64,000 nt of DNA from Lytechinus pictus (GCF_037042905.1 NC_087251.1:46626001-46690000), one strand, 5' to 3'. Shown: positions 1-40,225, counted from the stretch's first letter. Notes: generated by a model not told the origin, from the sequence alone. Made by a program: numbers and translations.

Positions 1-6
1 ATCCTG

Positions 7-175
7 GTGGGTGTTTCATAAAGCTGTTCGTAAGTTAAGAGCGACTTTAAGAACGACTGGTGATCCTTTCTAGTGGTAAATGGTATTCATCATTAATTAT
101 TTAGCGCGTAAGAAAGGTTCACCAGTCGTTCTTAAAGTAGCTCTTAACTTAAGAACAGCTTTATGAAACACCCAC
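7..175. mobile_element. Fold-back MITE family A (Harbinger-like), copy 1
   Basis: Long TIRs GTGGGTGTTTCATAAAGCTGTTCG.../...CAGCTTTATGAAACACCCAC, with CTG on both sides (3-bp CWG TSD). Other copies at 6635-6796 and 41894-42064. Confidence 0.85.
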
Positions 176-307
176 CTGGTGTGGACAAATCTTTCGAAAA
201 AAATCACAACACACGCTAATTGAGTCTGTTTATCAATGACGGTCTTGAGGGCATGCGAAACAACAATTGCAAATAATACTGCATTTAATGTAAACATTCT
301 AGTATAC

Positions 308-26440
<26,133 letters not shown>

Positions 26441-26943
26441 TGCTACGTGACGCTCTTCTACTTGACTTTCGAGTTAAAATATGATGTAATTTACAGGATC
26501 TCTTTTTTAACTCCGTGATCCAATTCTAATTTTCGGAATCTGGCTAAAGGCTATGGGATGCCATTGATCCCATGCAAAATTGAGATTGAATTCATTTGTT
26601 AAGTTCTTCAAATTTTATGCATTGATCTTGAATAAACTATTTTAAGAAAATACGATTTTACTTCAATTCTGGACAAAATATTGAATTGAAATATTAAAAT
26701 AATTAATTATAAGAGGGGTATTTTATATTACATATTTATTGTACTTCAAGCTTTCCATACATATTAAGGTATTGCGACGGTAAACGTGAGATTGCGTTCA
26801 TCAATCTGGCGATTGGGATCTACATTTTAGGCGAACAAATATAATAATTTTATTGTTTTTCAGCTTATACTGCTTTGGTATAGTGAGGAGGAGACCAATT
26901 TCTTTCTTTTTCTGACGGCATTATATCGTAGATACCAAGTGAG
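26441..26943. promoter_or_regulatory. Putative bidirectional promoter of ERCC2 and the CEBPZOS-like gene
   Basis: ERCC2 ATG at 26440 on the minus strand. Candidate non-coding first-exon donor GAG|GTAAAT at 26943/26944 on the plus strand. CpG-richer flanks at 26220-26340 and 26990-27110, CCAAT-type words at ~26520, ~26812 and ~26895, and ACGTGACG at 26445. Confidence 0.5.
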
Positions 26944-27792
26944 GTAAATATATTGCATTCGCAATTTTGGGCCATATTAAGGCCAGGCAGGATAATGCGC
27001 AAGCCAAGGCTGTCACTCACTCCGGATTCGCCCCGCTCCGCAGCCAAGCCTAGGGTTCGGGGTTACCTCTCTAAGCTCTCCAAACTCGGGCCTGTGAAGC
27101 TGCTGGCGTGTGTACATAGTCATAGCAGAGATCGTGTGAACGAATGTAAATGAGTTACCAGTGAATATGTGAATGATTAATAAAAATTAAACTTCTCTTT
27201 TGCATCTTTCTGAGGAGTAAAGTTTCCATGCGAATATAACTGTTTATATAGACTAAATTTCAAAATAAATCTTTGAACAGCAAGGACAAGCGGGAGGGAA
27301 ATAGAGATTGTTTTGTAAATTTGTATTGTCCACAATATGGAAATTATAATTTATGATTAAAAGACCATTGTTCAATCCTGTCCAAGCAATTCCTTGCATC
27401 TCTATACATCACTTTCCAATCCCATATTGCAAATGAAATCTGTATGTAGATCTAGGTCATAAAAAATTGTCTTAAATTGTATTGACAAGTATAAATCAGG
27501 CGCGAATCCAGGGGGGGGGGTTGAAGGTGCGTAAGCCCCCCGTAGGATTTTTAAAAATGAGACGAATTGACCTTACATATAGGTGAATAACTTTTTTTTT
27601 GCTTAATATTTTGGCGGACAAATTATTGACCTTAAATTTAGGCGACAACCTTTTTTTTTTTGGTCAAATTTTCAACGGGTAAATTATGGCACCCCTTTTA
27701 AAAAATCTTGGATCCTGTAGCACCCCGTGAAATTTTAAACTGGATCCGTGCTTGTATCCAATTTTCTTGTTATTTTCATTACCATTTCAGGC

Positions 27793-29138
27793 ATGTTTAA
27801 CTTCAGTAGTTCCGGTGGTCGTCGGCTGTGGACAGGTATGAAATGGGTCGTCTATGCTGAGATAGGGTTCTTTGGAGCTGCATACTATGTATGGCACAGG
27901 ATGAACACTCAACAAGGTATTGTTACTCACCTTATACTATATAGCAACTCTGAAAATTGAACAAAAAAAGCATTAATAGTAAAACTGAAGACTTACTCAT
28001 TTAACTCTGCATATATATAGTTTGATAGTGTTTTGTTTCTCTCTTTTCACCTGTGCATCTTGAACATTTATTAGATTCAATTGGATTTTGGAACCTCAGA
28101 TATCACATCTATTATTATTATTAAAAATCCAGATTGTTCATTTCAAGTACATGCTTTTGGGGAGGGGGTAGCCTTTAGGCTAGTAGTCATCAAATTGAAT
28201 TACTTGCCCCTGTGCCTAATCCGATTAAAAGAGTAAGTTAATGTATTGTGTTGTGTTTATTTGTTTATGTTATGACCTGTTCGGTGAATTGTTAAAGGTA
28301 GCAGCTTCAATCATAAACCATGATAATCATCAAATTGTGACTTTACGCTCTTTGCCCCCCCCCCCCCCCCACTTCAAAATTGTTCCACAGCCCCTGAATA
28401 TGGCTAAATTATCATATTGCAAATAATTGCGCATCTTTTTATTGAAGTTGTTTTATCAAGCATTATATCGTATATCATTTATTAATGAATCGAGGCCTGT
28501 TTTCTCATTTATTTTCAGATTTTAGGAAATATATGCATGAGAGTCATCCCAAGGTTCTTGAATGTAAGTATTTTAAACAAGCAATTTTCACTGTGAAATA
28601 GAAGTTTGTTTTACCCATCAATAGATGGTATTTAATTTGAATGTGTTTATTACAAAGAAAATTGCTTTAATCTGAGTACTGGAGAGTATAAAACAAGATT
28701 TAGATTGCAGTCAATTTGAAGAGAATAGAAAAATGCCAATTAGACCAGTCACCCTTAATCATTAATAACTATTTATCTTGCTCATTGACACTTGATAAAA
28801 TGTAGAATATATAAATGTTTATTGATGACATTGTGGAACTGCCCTGTGGTGCATTGACTTTATGTCAGTGATTTGGGGTATTTTATTGAACTATTTATTT
28901 AATCATGGTAAAACTCACATTCAGTCAGAACAGACTGCTTTTGAGCAAGTCTGTGTTTTGTGTGTTGAATGTAAAAGGGATATACTGTATGTTATGATTG
29001 AGTAATCTGATTTTGTCTTATATCTTCCTTACAGTATTCTACAAGGGGGCAGAATTCGGAGGATTTAAGGATGCGCGGCAGCAGGACTATGCAACTTGGG
29101 GCATCAGTAGTAAACAAACTGTTGATGAAGATTTATGA
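27793..29138 (+). CDS. CEBPZOS: CEBPZOS-like microprotein, 90 aa, one hydrophobic segment
   Basis: Exons 27793-27916, 28519-28563 and 29035-29138 (GT-AG, phases 1 and 1). Protein: MFNFSSSGGRRLWTGMKWVVYAEIGFFGAAYYVWHRMNTQQDFRKYMHESHPKVLELFYKGAEFGGFKDARQQDYATWGISSKQTVDEDL. It follows the pattern I recall for vertebrate CEBPZOS (AE..G..GAY...M.T.QDFR..M....P..LE..YK..E..G....R..D..TW). Confidence 0.85.
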
Positions 29139-30832
29139 AACCTACTGAGGATTATTAAAGGACTAATACTAGATAGACTTAAAGTCTTCCAGGTTTACAT
29201 TTGAATTGAGTAGCAGCATCAGATGAAATTGATCACAGAGGATCTATTAATGTGTCTGCCGCCCTCTACAGTCTGAAGAGGGTATTTCATGTTGGCTCCA
29301 TCAGAAGTTCCACTTAGCAACACTCCTGAAGACTTGTTGTTATTATTTGTTCAATGTCTCCATACTTGCATGTCAATTTGCCTGTGGCAAGTGATCTGGG
29401 GTGTGTTTTGTTTACAAATTTGCTCTGAGCCAATCAGATTCAATGATTTTGGTAGCTTATAACAATTATCAGTGACAATCACTGACTATTGTTTCATGTA
29501 ATGCTCCCCAGGGCCAGGTATTTGAACAGTATATGTATAATTATTTTACATAGGAAATGATGACAAACTTGTAAATATACGATATTTATACAAAATGTAT
29601 CTGATCTCTGTATTGAGGAATATATTATATTAACAATTTCAAATGCATTCAAATTTCTGGAGCTCCCGGGCCCGGTTTCATAGAGACTAGCAACTATGGT
29701 AACTTTGCCATTATTCTTACTTCCGTCATCCGTTGAAAACTTGATTTTGATCTGCTATTGAGCCCTGTTACCATGGTAGCTGCCATAATAGCAAAGTTAT
29801 CATAGTTATAACTCTTTATGTAACAGCCACAGAACATCCTTATCAGAATGATAAAGGAGTTTGATATGTTAACAAAGTTCACCCATTCGTTACTGTTGAC
29901 ATGAACAACATATTGTACTAATCGACAAACATGTTCTTTGAACTTCTTGAACATAATAGTGAAACATGCATGACATGTATGATTAGTTCTCAAGGAACAA
30001 AGTCGGGTCAATGATATAATGCTAGTTTTAAATTCATATTCATCTGTTGCATTATGTTTGATCATGTCATTCTTATGGTGATTAAATCTTTTCCAGAACA
30101 ATTGAGATATCAGTCAAACGTCAATATAGTTTGCACATTGTATGTGTAGGTATTGATGAGAATTACTAATTGTTTTATTGCACAACTGGGATTTCCCTTA
30201 AAGATGAATATAAAATCATGACATCTATAAAAAAATAAAATAAAAAAAGCAGTGGTGCCAGGGTACTAGTTAAGTTGCAAAAAAATCCCTTTCCATAACA
30301 ATTAGGATATCAGTTGAACATCATCATGGGTTGCTTGTTTTACACGTGGGTATTCACTTGATAAGAACTACTGATTGTTTTCTTCTGAAGGGGGAATTTC
30401 TGTGAAAGATAAAATGTAAAAACTATCAAATCAGCTGCTTGGGGTACTTGTCAAGATGACAGAACAATTTATCAAATGAATATTTGGAGTTAACAGTACC
30501 ATGACAGGCAAGTGGGTTCTTTCTCAAACTCTTTTTTTCATTTTCTTCCCCTCTCCCCCTCTCTGTCTCTCTCTTCACAACATGTGTTTCTCTCTTTCTT
30601 TACTACTTTAAACATATAGGGGTGGTTGCTTGTCAGCCCTACCTGTAGATATGTTGCCCATTTATCAAGATCCTTATTTAAGTGGCATGTCTTGCCTACC
30701 CTAACTCTAAGTGTAATTTGTCCCTCACTTAAGTATCTTTTATTAAATGCATAAAATTTTAATAAATCACTTTATTAGTCAAATGTATTGAATTATTCTG
30801 CATGTGTTTCTGCATGTAATATACAGTGTAAT

Positions 30833-31750
30833 ACAGTGCATCCCACAAAAAACGAAACCAAGATTTTTCGATGATTTATCACAAATACAATAGATAAATG
30901 ACATACCATTGTAAAGCTTAGAATCTCCTCTTTCATCTGAAATTACTTAGATTATTCCTCATTCACGCATGAGTGAGCAAAAACAATATGGAGAAAGGAT
31001 ATCAAAAACTCATTTGGCGGGGTATCTGAATTTCAAAAAGAAAATCACATGCCTAAAAAGTTCAATATCTGCTCTTTTATTTGATACCTTAATCACAGAA
31101 AACGGTCAAGAAGTAAAAAAGTCCTGTTCCCTCGAAACAATGCTTGTATTTCCATAATTTCATTTAATAAATGTGTTATCACCGATTTCCCACAGAAGCA
31201 AAAGACTTAATGCATCGGAGTGTCGGGTGACTCGGAACGCTAGCCTGTAAAATCTCTTCATTTTATGAAATTATTGAAATTCAAGCTTTATTTCAAATAA
31301 CCAGAAATTTGTTATTTCTTGGCCATTTTCTGTAATTTAGGTATCAAATTAAAGAGCAGATATTGAACTTTTTTAGAAATGTGGTTTTCTTTTTGAAAAT
31401 CAGATACAGCCCGCCAAGTGACTTTTTGGTATCCCCTCTTCAAATTGTTTTTGCTCACTCATGCGTGAATGAAAAATGATTTAAGTAATTTGAGATGAAA
31501 GAGGGGATTCCAAGCTTTACAATGGTAGGTCACTTGTCTATTGTATTTGTGATTAAGTTATGAAAAATCATCCGCCATGGTGTTTGTTATTGATACTTTG
31601 CTTTGTATTGCCGCTACATGTAAGCTGCGCGGATAACCTGTATCCGGCCTCTTGGCCGTGTTGTAAATAAACACAACTCACAACCCTTACTCCGTCTGGT
31701 AAATTATCTTTCTTACTTTAATAAGACTGGCGATCGATAAATCTCGGTTA
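30833..31750. mobile_element. Tc1/mariner-like fold-back element (right end eroded)
   Basis: Starts TA|CAGTGCATCCCACAAAAAACGAAACC. Long internal inverted arms at ~30870-31105 and ~31325-31570; a foreign insert of about 160 bp at ~31573-31731. Confidence 0.6.
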
Positions 31751-33854
31751 CATTTATATTGCAAAATTTAAACCGGGTTTCTCCATTTTCTTTGAAAGTT
31801 TGAAGGGCCATGAAGAAATTAGCATTTTTAAAGGATGGTCCCTTTCTCTCTCTCCTTTTCTCTGTATCCCTCTTTCTGTATTATAAACTTTGGCTTTCCT
31901 TTTCTCCTTTCCATCTTTTTTTTCCTCAAATATCTTATAGGCCTACTTCATTTTGTCTGTGTATGGGGGCAGTTCAAGCATGCATGGTGGTGTTGTGAGA
32001 TGTTTGGTCCCTCTAGGGGTGATGGGGGGGGGGGTGTGAATTTGGTCATTCTTAAGGTTCTTCAAATTTATTGGTGTAGTACTTTGGAGGGGGCATCAGT
32101 TGACTTGAAAATGAGGAGATGCATATCCCCCATTAGCCATCTCGCATGATCACTAATCAAGCCCCCTCTCCCACCGCCATTTGCGATTTTTTTTTTCCGG
32201 CAATTTATCTATATGGTACGGAAAGACAAAAAGGCCTAAGTTTGTAGGAAATATCCCCCTTCCCTGCTTAACGCACAAAAAAAGAGTCCAAATTACACAA
32301 TTATTATTGAGCGTTGGACACTCAAATGTAGAACCATATTGACCTGAAATATATGGGTCACTCTGTCAACTCATGGTCAACTCGAGTAACAATAATGAAT
32401 GTTTGCCTGCTTTTTGCCTCCTCTTCACAAACTTAAAACTCAATATTTGAGATATCTCCTTTTTCTTCCGCAAACAATAGTGGCATATAGGCCTAATAAT
32501 TATATACATTTGAACTTTAACTGGCAAGAAACACATATATAGCTGAGGTGGAAAAACAGGGTTAGAGAAAGTGTGAGGGGATACAAAGGAGAACTGCAAT
32601 ACTGTCATTTAACCGCGCGGAAACAAATTTCATATAAATTTAGAGCAAGAGTGAAAAAGTTTCTCTTTTGAGAAAAAATAAAGAATAAAAAGAAAAACCC
32701 ACAAAGCTACCTTTCTTCCCTTTCCTCCCTTCGCTTTTCCTTTTCTCCTCTCTTTTTTCCTTCTTTTTTTCTTTTTGGGGACTTTTTTTTGGGGGGCGAC
32801 CGCCCCCCCCCCTGGCTACGCGACTGGTGCAGCTTAAAACATTTTTTTTTCGAGTAGATTCACGTCTTTTGAAGATGTGTATTCTCGAAGTTTATGCACC
32901 ATTCTTGTGAAATGAGGGCGCTGCTGACTCCAAATAGATATGGTTTTGGCAAATAAAGACTTTAATATCTACTAAGTTACATATCCTGAAAGTTTAATGA
33001 AGTTTGATGCGATATTGAAGGAATAAAGATTTGGTGAATTCGTGAGGTCTAAGAGAGGCACAATTCTCTTGATTGCGCAAGATTGCATATCATTCAAATA
33101 CGGCGACTTTGAAGTCCCGTAGAAAAAAAAAAAAGCACATGAACCTATATTATTTTTTGTATTTTCATAATGCATACATATCCCAAAGTAACTCTCTGCA
33201 AAATCTGGTGAAAATGACATGGACTTCATTTTAATTGTGGAAAGTCCTTAAGCTGTCTGAAAACATTAGTCTCATATATCAGCATATCTAAAACAATTAA
33301 CAGTGATAACAGTGTAGGGGTTTAATCCCCCTCCCCCCCCCCCCACACACACACAACAAATGATAACAACGTGAAATTTATTTTGATTTACGATTCCTAC
33401 ACAATAACAATTATGACATTTAAAATTCATATTCGTATTTATTCATCTGTAACAGTTAATACATCATACAAAGTCATTACATAGTAAACTGACCATGCTG
33501 GGTTTTGTAGACAATTCACAATACATATTTTAAATAGAGATATATTTTTGTATCTAAGTGACTAAGTGACTCAAAAATTTCGAGTGCCCCCGCATGCCTT
33601 GACCCACGGTACGCCACCGAGTACAATTAACAAAAACAGAACAAGAACAAAACGGAGGACAAGGTTGCTGCATCATGAGATTCTACAAAGGGGAAAAGTT
33701 ATCTAAACTATCGCGAATCAAGTATTCCAATCAAGCAAATACTTAGGGATCGGAATTCAAATCTTTATCATGAAATAGCAGTTCTGTATATTACAGCATT
33801 GTTCTTTTCCTCATCACTGAATGTCCTCGCTGCTTGATATGTCAGATGTTTTAA

Positions 33855-34448
33855 AGGACAAGTCCACCCCAACAAAAAGCTGATTTGAATAGGAAGAGAA
33901 AATTCAAACAAGCATAACACTGAAAATTTCATCAAAATCGGATGTAAAATAAGAAAGTTATAATATTTTAAAGTTTCGCTTAATTTCACAAAGCGGTTAT
34001 ATGCACATCCTGGTCAGTATGCAAATGAGGGAACTGATGACATCACTCACTCACTATTTCTTTTGTATTTTATTACATGAAATATTCCAATTTTCTCATT
34101 GTCCTGCGAAACGAAGCTTTATTTTTCCCTGAACGTGTGGAATTACCATTACCATAACATTTTATGGTTCATTCAATTTGGACCTTGTAGTCAAATCTGT
34201 AAAAATTGAAATGTTGTATAATTCAAACAATAAAAAACAAAAGAAATAGTGAGTGGGGGACATCATCGATTCTCTAATTTGCATGTGACTAAACTGTGCA
34301 TATGACTATTTTTTGAAAAGTAAGCAGAAGTTTAAAGTGTCATAACTTTCTTATTTTACATCCGATTTTGATGAAATTTTCAGCATTATGCTTGTTTGAT
34401 TTTTCTTTATTGATTCAAATCAACATTTTCCTGGGATGGACTTGACCT
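33855..34448. mobile_element. Kolobok-like TTAA element, second family
   Basis: TTAA|AGGACAAGTCCA...TGGACTTGACCT|TTAA, with long imperfect inverted arms. Confidence 0.8.
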
Positions 34449-34949
34449 TTAATAAGTAAACGAATTCAGCATCAGGTAACCTTACACAGGTCCAGGTCAT
34501 TGAGGAATTATCTCGCTTTTTACTATGGTCGGATTTTTTTTTCTAGCTCTCTGCGCCCGCTCTGAAATAGTCTGCAAAAATGGAATGTAACAAAATGCTA
34601 GAAGCACAATGGTTTCGGAAATATATTTTGAAAATCAAAAAGACCGAATATATACATAATACTTCGGCGCATTTTTATTGAAGAAAAAATGTATCAGTAA
34701 AAGTAGTGATTATTTATTTCTCATTTGCTCAGCACTGTAAGATGCAAACAGTGAAATCAACTATTTACATAATGCCATACCTCTTTCCCCCCTCTGCAGG
34801 GATCAATTAATATTTTCACTCCAAGCCCCCCCCCCCCTCCTCCCCTACGAGAAAACTGAATAAATAAGTTTTTAAAATTATCGTGAACAATATGCTACAT
34901 GATATGCCCCCTAAAAAAAATAATAATCGTACTCTGTCTGTGACTGCTA

Positions 34950-35199
34950 CACTGCAAAAACTACGGTGATGATTTAACACCAGCCCGGAATCTATATCTG
35001 TCCACACCGGAGAAGTATTGAAATAACACCAATTTGGAATCAAACCGATGCTGTTTTAATACTAATTGGTGTTGTATAAACACAATCATATCTGGGGTTA
35101 GACCAAAACCAAACTGGTGTTGTTTAAAACTTCTCTGGTGTGGACATATATTGATTCCGGGCTAGTGTTAAATCAACACTACAGGATTTTTTCTAAGTG
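34950..35199. mobile_element. Palindromic MITE with CACT-type ends
   Basis: TA|CACTGCAAAAA...TTTTTCTAAGTG|TA, with inverted arms TTTAACACCAGCCCGGAATC / GATTCCGGGCTAGTGTTAAA. Confidence 0.6.
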
Positions 35200-35501
35200 T
35201 AAACATTTTTTTGATACGCACTGTATAACCAGGGTTTCAAAACCACACATTTTCTTTTTGCAGTAAACTTGTGTAAAAAAAAGTATTAAAAAAAAACTGC
35301 CATGTTATCCGTGGTCCCAATGTTGGCCGTTGTGGTTTTACTTATCTTATGATATATGCTCCTATATATAATGGGGCTTCCATTATGGGTGGCATTTTTT
35401 AACCTTTAATTCTAAAAGATGAATTATGCCGAATCGATCACGGCGGTCTGACGGAGACTTTGGTGATAGATCTCCTGCGAGTCGATTGAAGTCAACACTA
35501 T

Positions 35502-35814
35502 GGCCCGTATTCTGAACTCGGGTTTAAATTTAACCCTGGTTTAAAGTTGTGGTTTAACTATGGAGATCCAATTAGGGCACAAATCTCTATTAGTACACGT
35601 TCAATTTATTAACTGTTATGACACTAAAACCATTTAGAACTTTCTTAGATTAATACCTGAAATATTTTCTTTATTATGAAAGCAAAGGGAATCAAAATAG
35701 TAAATATAAGAAATAGATAATATAAGCAGAATTGTTGAGTTTTTGGCTCCCCATAATTTTAGACCAGACTTATAGACCATGGTTTAAGTTAAACCCGACT
35801 TCAGAATACGGACC
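35502..35814. mobile_element. MITE family F, copy 2
   Basis: Termini match 6877-7187. Confidence 0.75.
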
Positions 35815-35914
35815 TATGCGTCGAGTTCACAATGCTTTGTGCCCCCTCCCTCCTCCCCTCCCTAATTCCCACCCCCCCCCCCCCGATGGTTCCAGAGTGC
35901 ATATCGATCCGAAC

Positions 35915-38900
35915 CTAACGGAAAATGGCATACGTCACGAGGGTCAGGAGGCTCGTCAAAAACACACCAAGTGCCTTCGGGATATCGCCTTTTGCCGTCG
36001 TCATCATAGGCTCGGTCGTCATCGTAGGCTCGGTCGTCACGGTGTCGTTGCTTTTTACGAAACCGTTGTTGGCCACGATCTCGGCATAGACTTCGGTCGA
36101 AACCTTAGGCTCCCGAGTTCGATCGTCGTCGCTGAAGTCGATGTAGACCATCCCGAAGCGTTCGGTGTAACCCTCTGCCCACTCGAAGTTATCAAGAAGT
36201 GACCACGCTGTGTAGCCTTTCACATTAACCTCGTCTAGCAGAATTGCTGTAATAATAATAATAATGACACGCAACCTTTATATGGCGCTTATTACAAAAT
36301 GTATAAGAGCTGCATGCTTTAATAAGGTTCAATAATATTTATGATCGAGGCGTAAGCAAATTTTAAACGAGTATTTTCTCTGATAACTAAACAAAAACAT
36401 AGCATGACAAAATCTGGGTTATGAGTCAGACATACAAAATGACTTTCACATCTGCTTTTGAAATAAACATGATCAAGATTTCGTTACGCAATTTTCTAAA
36501 ATGTTTTAATATTGACCAGTGACGGAACAGCAAATTGACATCTCGTCATCGAGTCAAAACTTATGGCAAATTAGAGTTACAACTATATGTCAACTTTGTT
36601 GTTATTTTAACTACCATGGAAACCTTGGCTGTGATTGGTTGCTAGAGATCAAATTGGAGATTCCTTTCCTTTTTTCTTAACTATTCTTTTTATTTCAAAA
36701 GGTTTTAATTAAAGACCAATGATCCACCTTCTCGACCGTCTTCCTGGGGTGACGAATGATCCCGTTTATAACTCATTTGGGGTTATCTGGACTAGTATCG
36801 CAGGGTCTATTTTACGGTCATGTACAACCCTTATTTCATAGCCTCTCACCTTTCAGAACTTCGTTCACGTAAGATTTGTAATACTTTTGCCTCATGACAT
36901 CATCAAGTTCTTTGACATCTTCCGTCGAGTAGCCATTCTCCGTCACATACACCGGCAGGTCACCATATTCGTTCTTGATCCAGGCCAGGAGTCTCCGGAT
37001 CCCCCAAGGAACCACCTTCAACCAGTCCGAGGCCGAAGAAGGCCATGCCTCATCCTGCTCACCACCCACATCAGAATCAGACCAGTAGCTTGCGTTCCCG
37101 TCCAGGTTCAATCCAAGATCCCAGGCATAGTTGCTCGTGTAGTGATTCAACCCAAAGAAGTCACTGGTGCCACTGATGTTTGCCTTCTCCTCTGCTGTGA
37201 ACTCCGGAAGACGAGACTTGGCGTACCCTTGAGCCGCACTCTTTTGTCCAATCCTGTCTTTCATCACCTCAGGATAGTCTCCGTTGATGAAGATAGGATG
37301 GGCGTACCAACCAAGGTTGAACTGTAGGCTACGGTCAGCCGCTTCCACACTGCTTTGGTTTGTACTATCGATGGGTTCAACAAAGTTGGAATTCAACGTG
37401 ATTCCAATTTGTCCATTCTGGCAAATTGGACGGATTAATAATAAAGATAAGAATGAGCGTATTATGTGGACAATTATAGACAGAAGTTATATTGTATACA
37501 TGGTAAAGTACATGAGGAATCACCTCTTACTGGTTAACGAACTATAGTGATAGAATATTAATTAGGCAAAAAGTGAAGAAAAAAGCATATATATATTATT
37601 TCATGACTTATGTAGAGAAAATATCTTACTTGAGTCTGCCTGTATTTATCATCGTACGTGTGCCACGCCTTGGCGTGTGCCTTGATGATAGTATGGCTTG
37701 TCGTATAGACCGTGGTTCCAATCTCTTCAATACCAGGAGCATGCTCTCCAGTGCCATATCCTAGCAAAGTCACGACCCAGGGCTCGTTGAACGTAATCCA
37801 CAGTTTGACGCGATCGCCGAACCTCTGAAAGCACAGGTCGGCGTAGTCGTTGAAGAGGTCAATCAGGTCCTCGTTTTCCCAGCCCCCGATGTCCTGAAGA
37901 GCTTGGGGTAGGTCCCAGTGATAGAGGGTGACCATCGGGGTGATGTTCGCAGCGAGAAGGGCGTCGATAACGTTGCTGTAATAGGTAAAACCGGCTTCGT
38001 TGATGTTGTCGGTGGTGCCGTCCTGGAGAACCCGGGGCCAGGAGATGGAGAAACGGTAGGCATTGAGACCCATGTTTTTCATGATGTCGATATCTTTTTG
38101 ATATCTGAAATTAAAGAAATAATAATAATTCAATCAGCTATAACATCAAATAACAGCTACACGAGTGGTTTTCACGGGCAGGGTCTCGGAACCATAAAGT
38201 GTGAGTAGACATTATGGTGAATTCAGCATCCCCCCACCAACACACACCCACATCCACACACACGTATTTAGGTTTGTCATCAACTGTGAGAAAATAATCA
38301 TAAGATCAAACCATACGTATGCTGAAGTAGTTTTGATGTCCTCGTAAAGTAACCGTATTGAGCTTACACAACTTATACTGGTGCGCAGTAGGGGCTTTTG
38401 GCACCCCCCGTAAGTTTCAGGACCAAGAAAACAAGTAAAGGGTAAAATGTGATATTATTTTCTAGGTATTTTATCAGCATCTGTCACAAAATCATTTTTT
38501 TTTAATGAGATTGTATGTTGGCTTGCTAACTACTTAGATTTTTTTTTTCTTATTCACCAAGTTCTCAGTGCTCCTATTTTTCTTTGACTCGTCACGCCAG
38601 CTGTGCCAAAACTCACTCATCGATATATACAGTGATTAACATGCGAGAGCTAATCTGATAATTTATCTGTTGTTTGTTCTGTCTACAGGAATGTTATCTT
38701 TTGATATGAGAATAATGAAATATTAGTTGGCCAACCTATATTAATTGACTGCATGCATATTTCTGCGCATATTGTTTTGGCACCCGGTCTTAATGCAACT
38801 CAAGTGCAGACTTGAAATTTGTTTGTTTATTGTTTTGTTTATTTATTTTCCGATTATTAAAGAACACAATACATAAACATATATAACATAAATGGCATCA

Positions 38901-40225
38901 ATTGAAATAAACAAAATGAATTGCAAATATGTTGAATATATAACATAAATAAAATAATCGAAAGGATTGCCCATTTCAGAGTTATTGACATAAATTACTG
39001 TTCTTCCATGGGTTCCATAAAAACATTAAAATAGTTTACATTGCAATACAAAGGAAATTTGATATAAAAAAAAAAAAAAGGGGGGGGGGAAATCAGCATG
39101 TTCCTATACGACCAGAATTTTAGTAAAATTATGATACTCTGGCTATATAATTTAGCTAATTTTGTTTCAGAAAGGATAATTCAGATTTAACTTCATTGTT
39201 TGAGTCATTATTTCATAAACGTAAAACAAGGGGTTCGTAGGCACACGATGTAAACTCTTCTCTCACAAAACACGCCATTAACTGTACAGTTTTCATTTTA
39301 ATGATTACTTATCTTTTACACGTCTTATACAAATTTCATCGTGCTTATAGCTTTCAATTCAAACCCAGGCTTAACATATTTCAATATCTTAGTTTCATAT
39401 TCTTAATTCCATTGATTTATTCTATATCCTCTCACAATCATGATACAGTACTACTCGTCTACATTTTCGTGTAATTTGTTGTAGATTCAGCATTGTAAAC
39501 TGTTTGATGTAACATAATCATAATTCATTTAACATTTCTCTCATTCGGGTTTGCATATTTTCATTGTATGTTATTTTTGTTGTCTGTTTATACTTGCAAT
39601 ATATTTTCCCAAGGAAGGTCAGCCTGTTGAAAGGGCTACCTTTTTGAAATATAAATAATTTCATATTTATGTTTATTTATTTTCCTATAGAAAAGTAATA
39701 TAAACAATATGATATATATAACCATACAAACAAAATTACTTCTGTAATAAGCATACAAACATATGCATTCTTCAATAAACATTTCAAAATATAAGATCAA
39801 ATGATTATACATTATCATATCTTGGGAAATGGAGGTTTCCATCAAAAGGCAGATGCTTGAATAATTTTTTGACTCCTCAAACGTGAAAATAAAAATGAAA
39901 TAGTTTACTATCATGAGACCTACTTGTGGTAGCTGTCGCAGGCAACGTCTCCATTATCATTATTCTTCACTTTGCCACCTTCATGAGTAAAATTGTCCCA
40001 GATGCTCTCTCCCTTTCCCTCTAAGTTCCAAGCTCCTTCGATTTGGTAGGCCGAGGTCGCTGAGCTCCAAGCAAAGTCGTCGGGGAACGTGCCGTAGATG
40101 AGAGCATCTCTCTCGGTGTCGTTAAAAACATCGGGCCAAACGAATTCGGGATCGTCGGCAGAGTGCACGAAACCAAGAACATTGGCAAAGATGATTAAAA
40201 ACACACTTGCGATGAAAACCTTCAT
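35915..40225 (-). CDS. Secreted single-domain GH1 beta-glucosidase (lactase-phlorizin hydrolase-like), paralog 1, 558 aa
   Basis: Exons 39924-40225, 37630-38104, 36850-37417 and 35915-36246 (phases 2, 0, 1). Signal peptide; GH1 N-terminal motif [16 protein letters not shown]; catalytic TFNEP and [14 protein letters not shown]; Thr-rich stalk and hydrophobic C-terminus. Confidence 0.95.
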
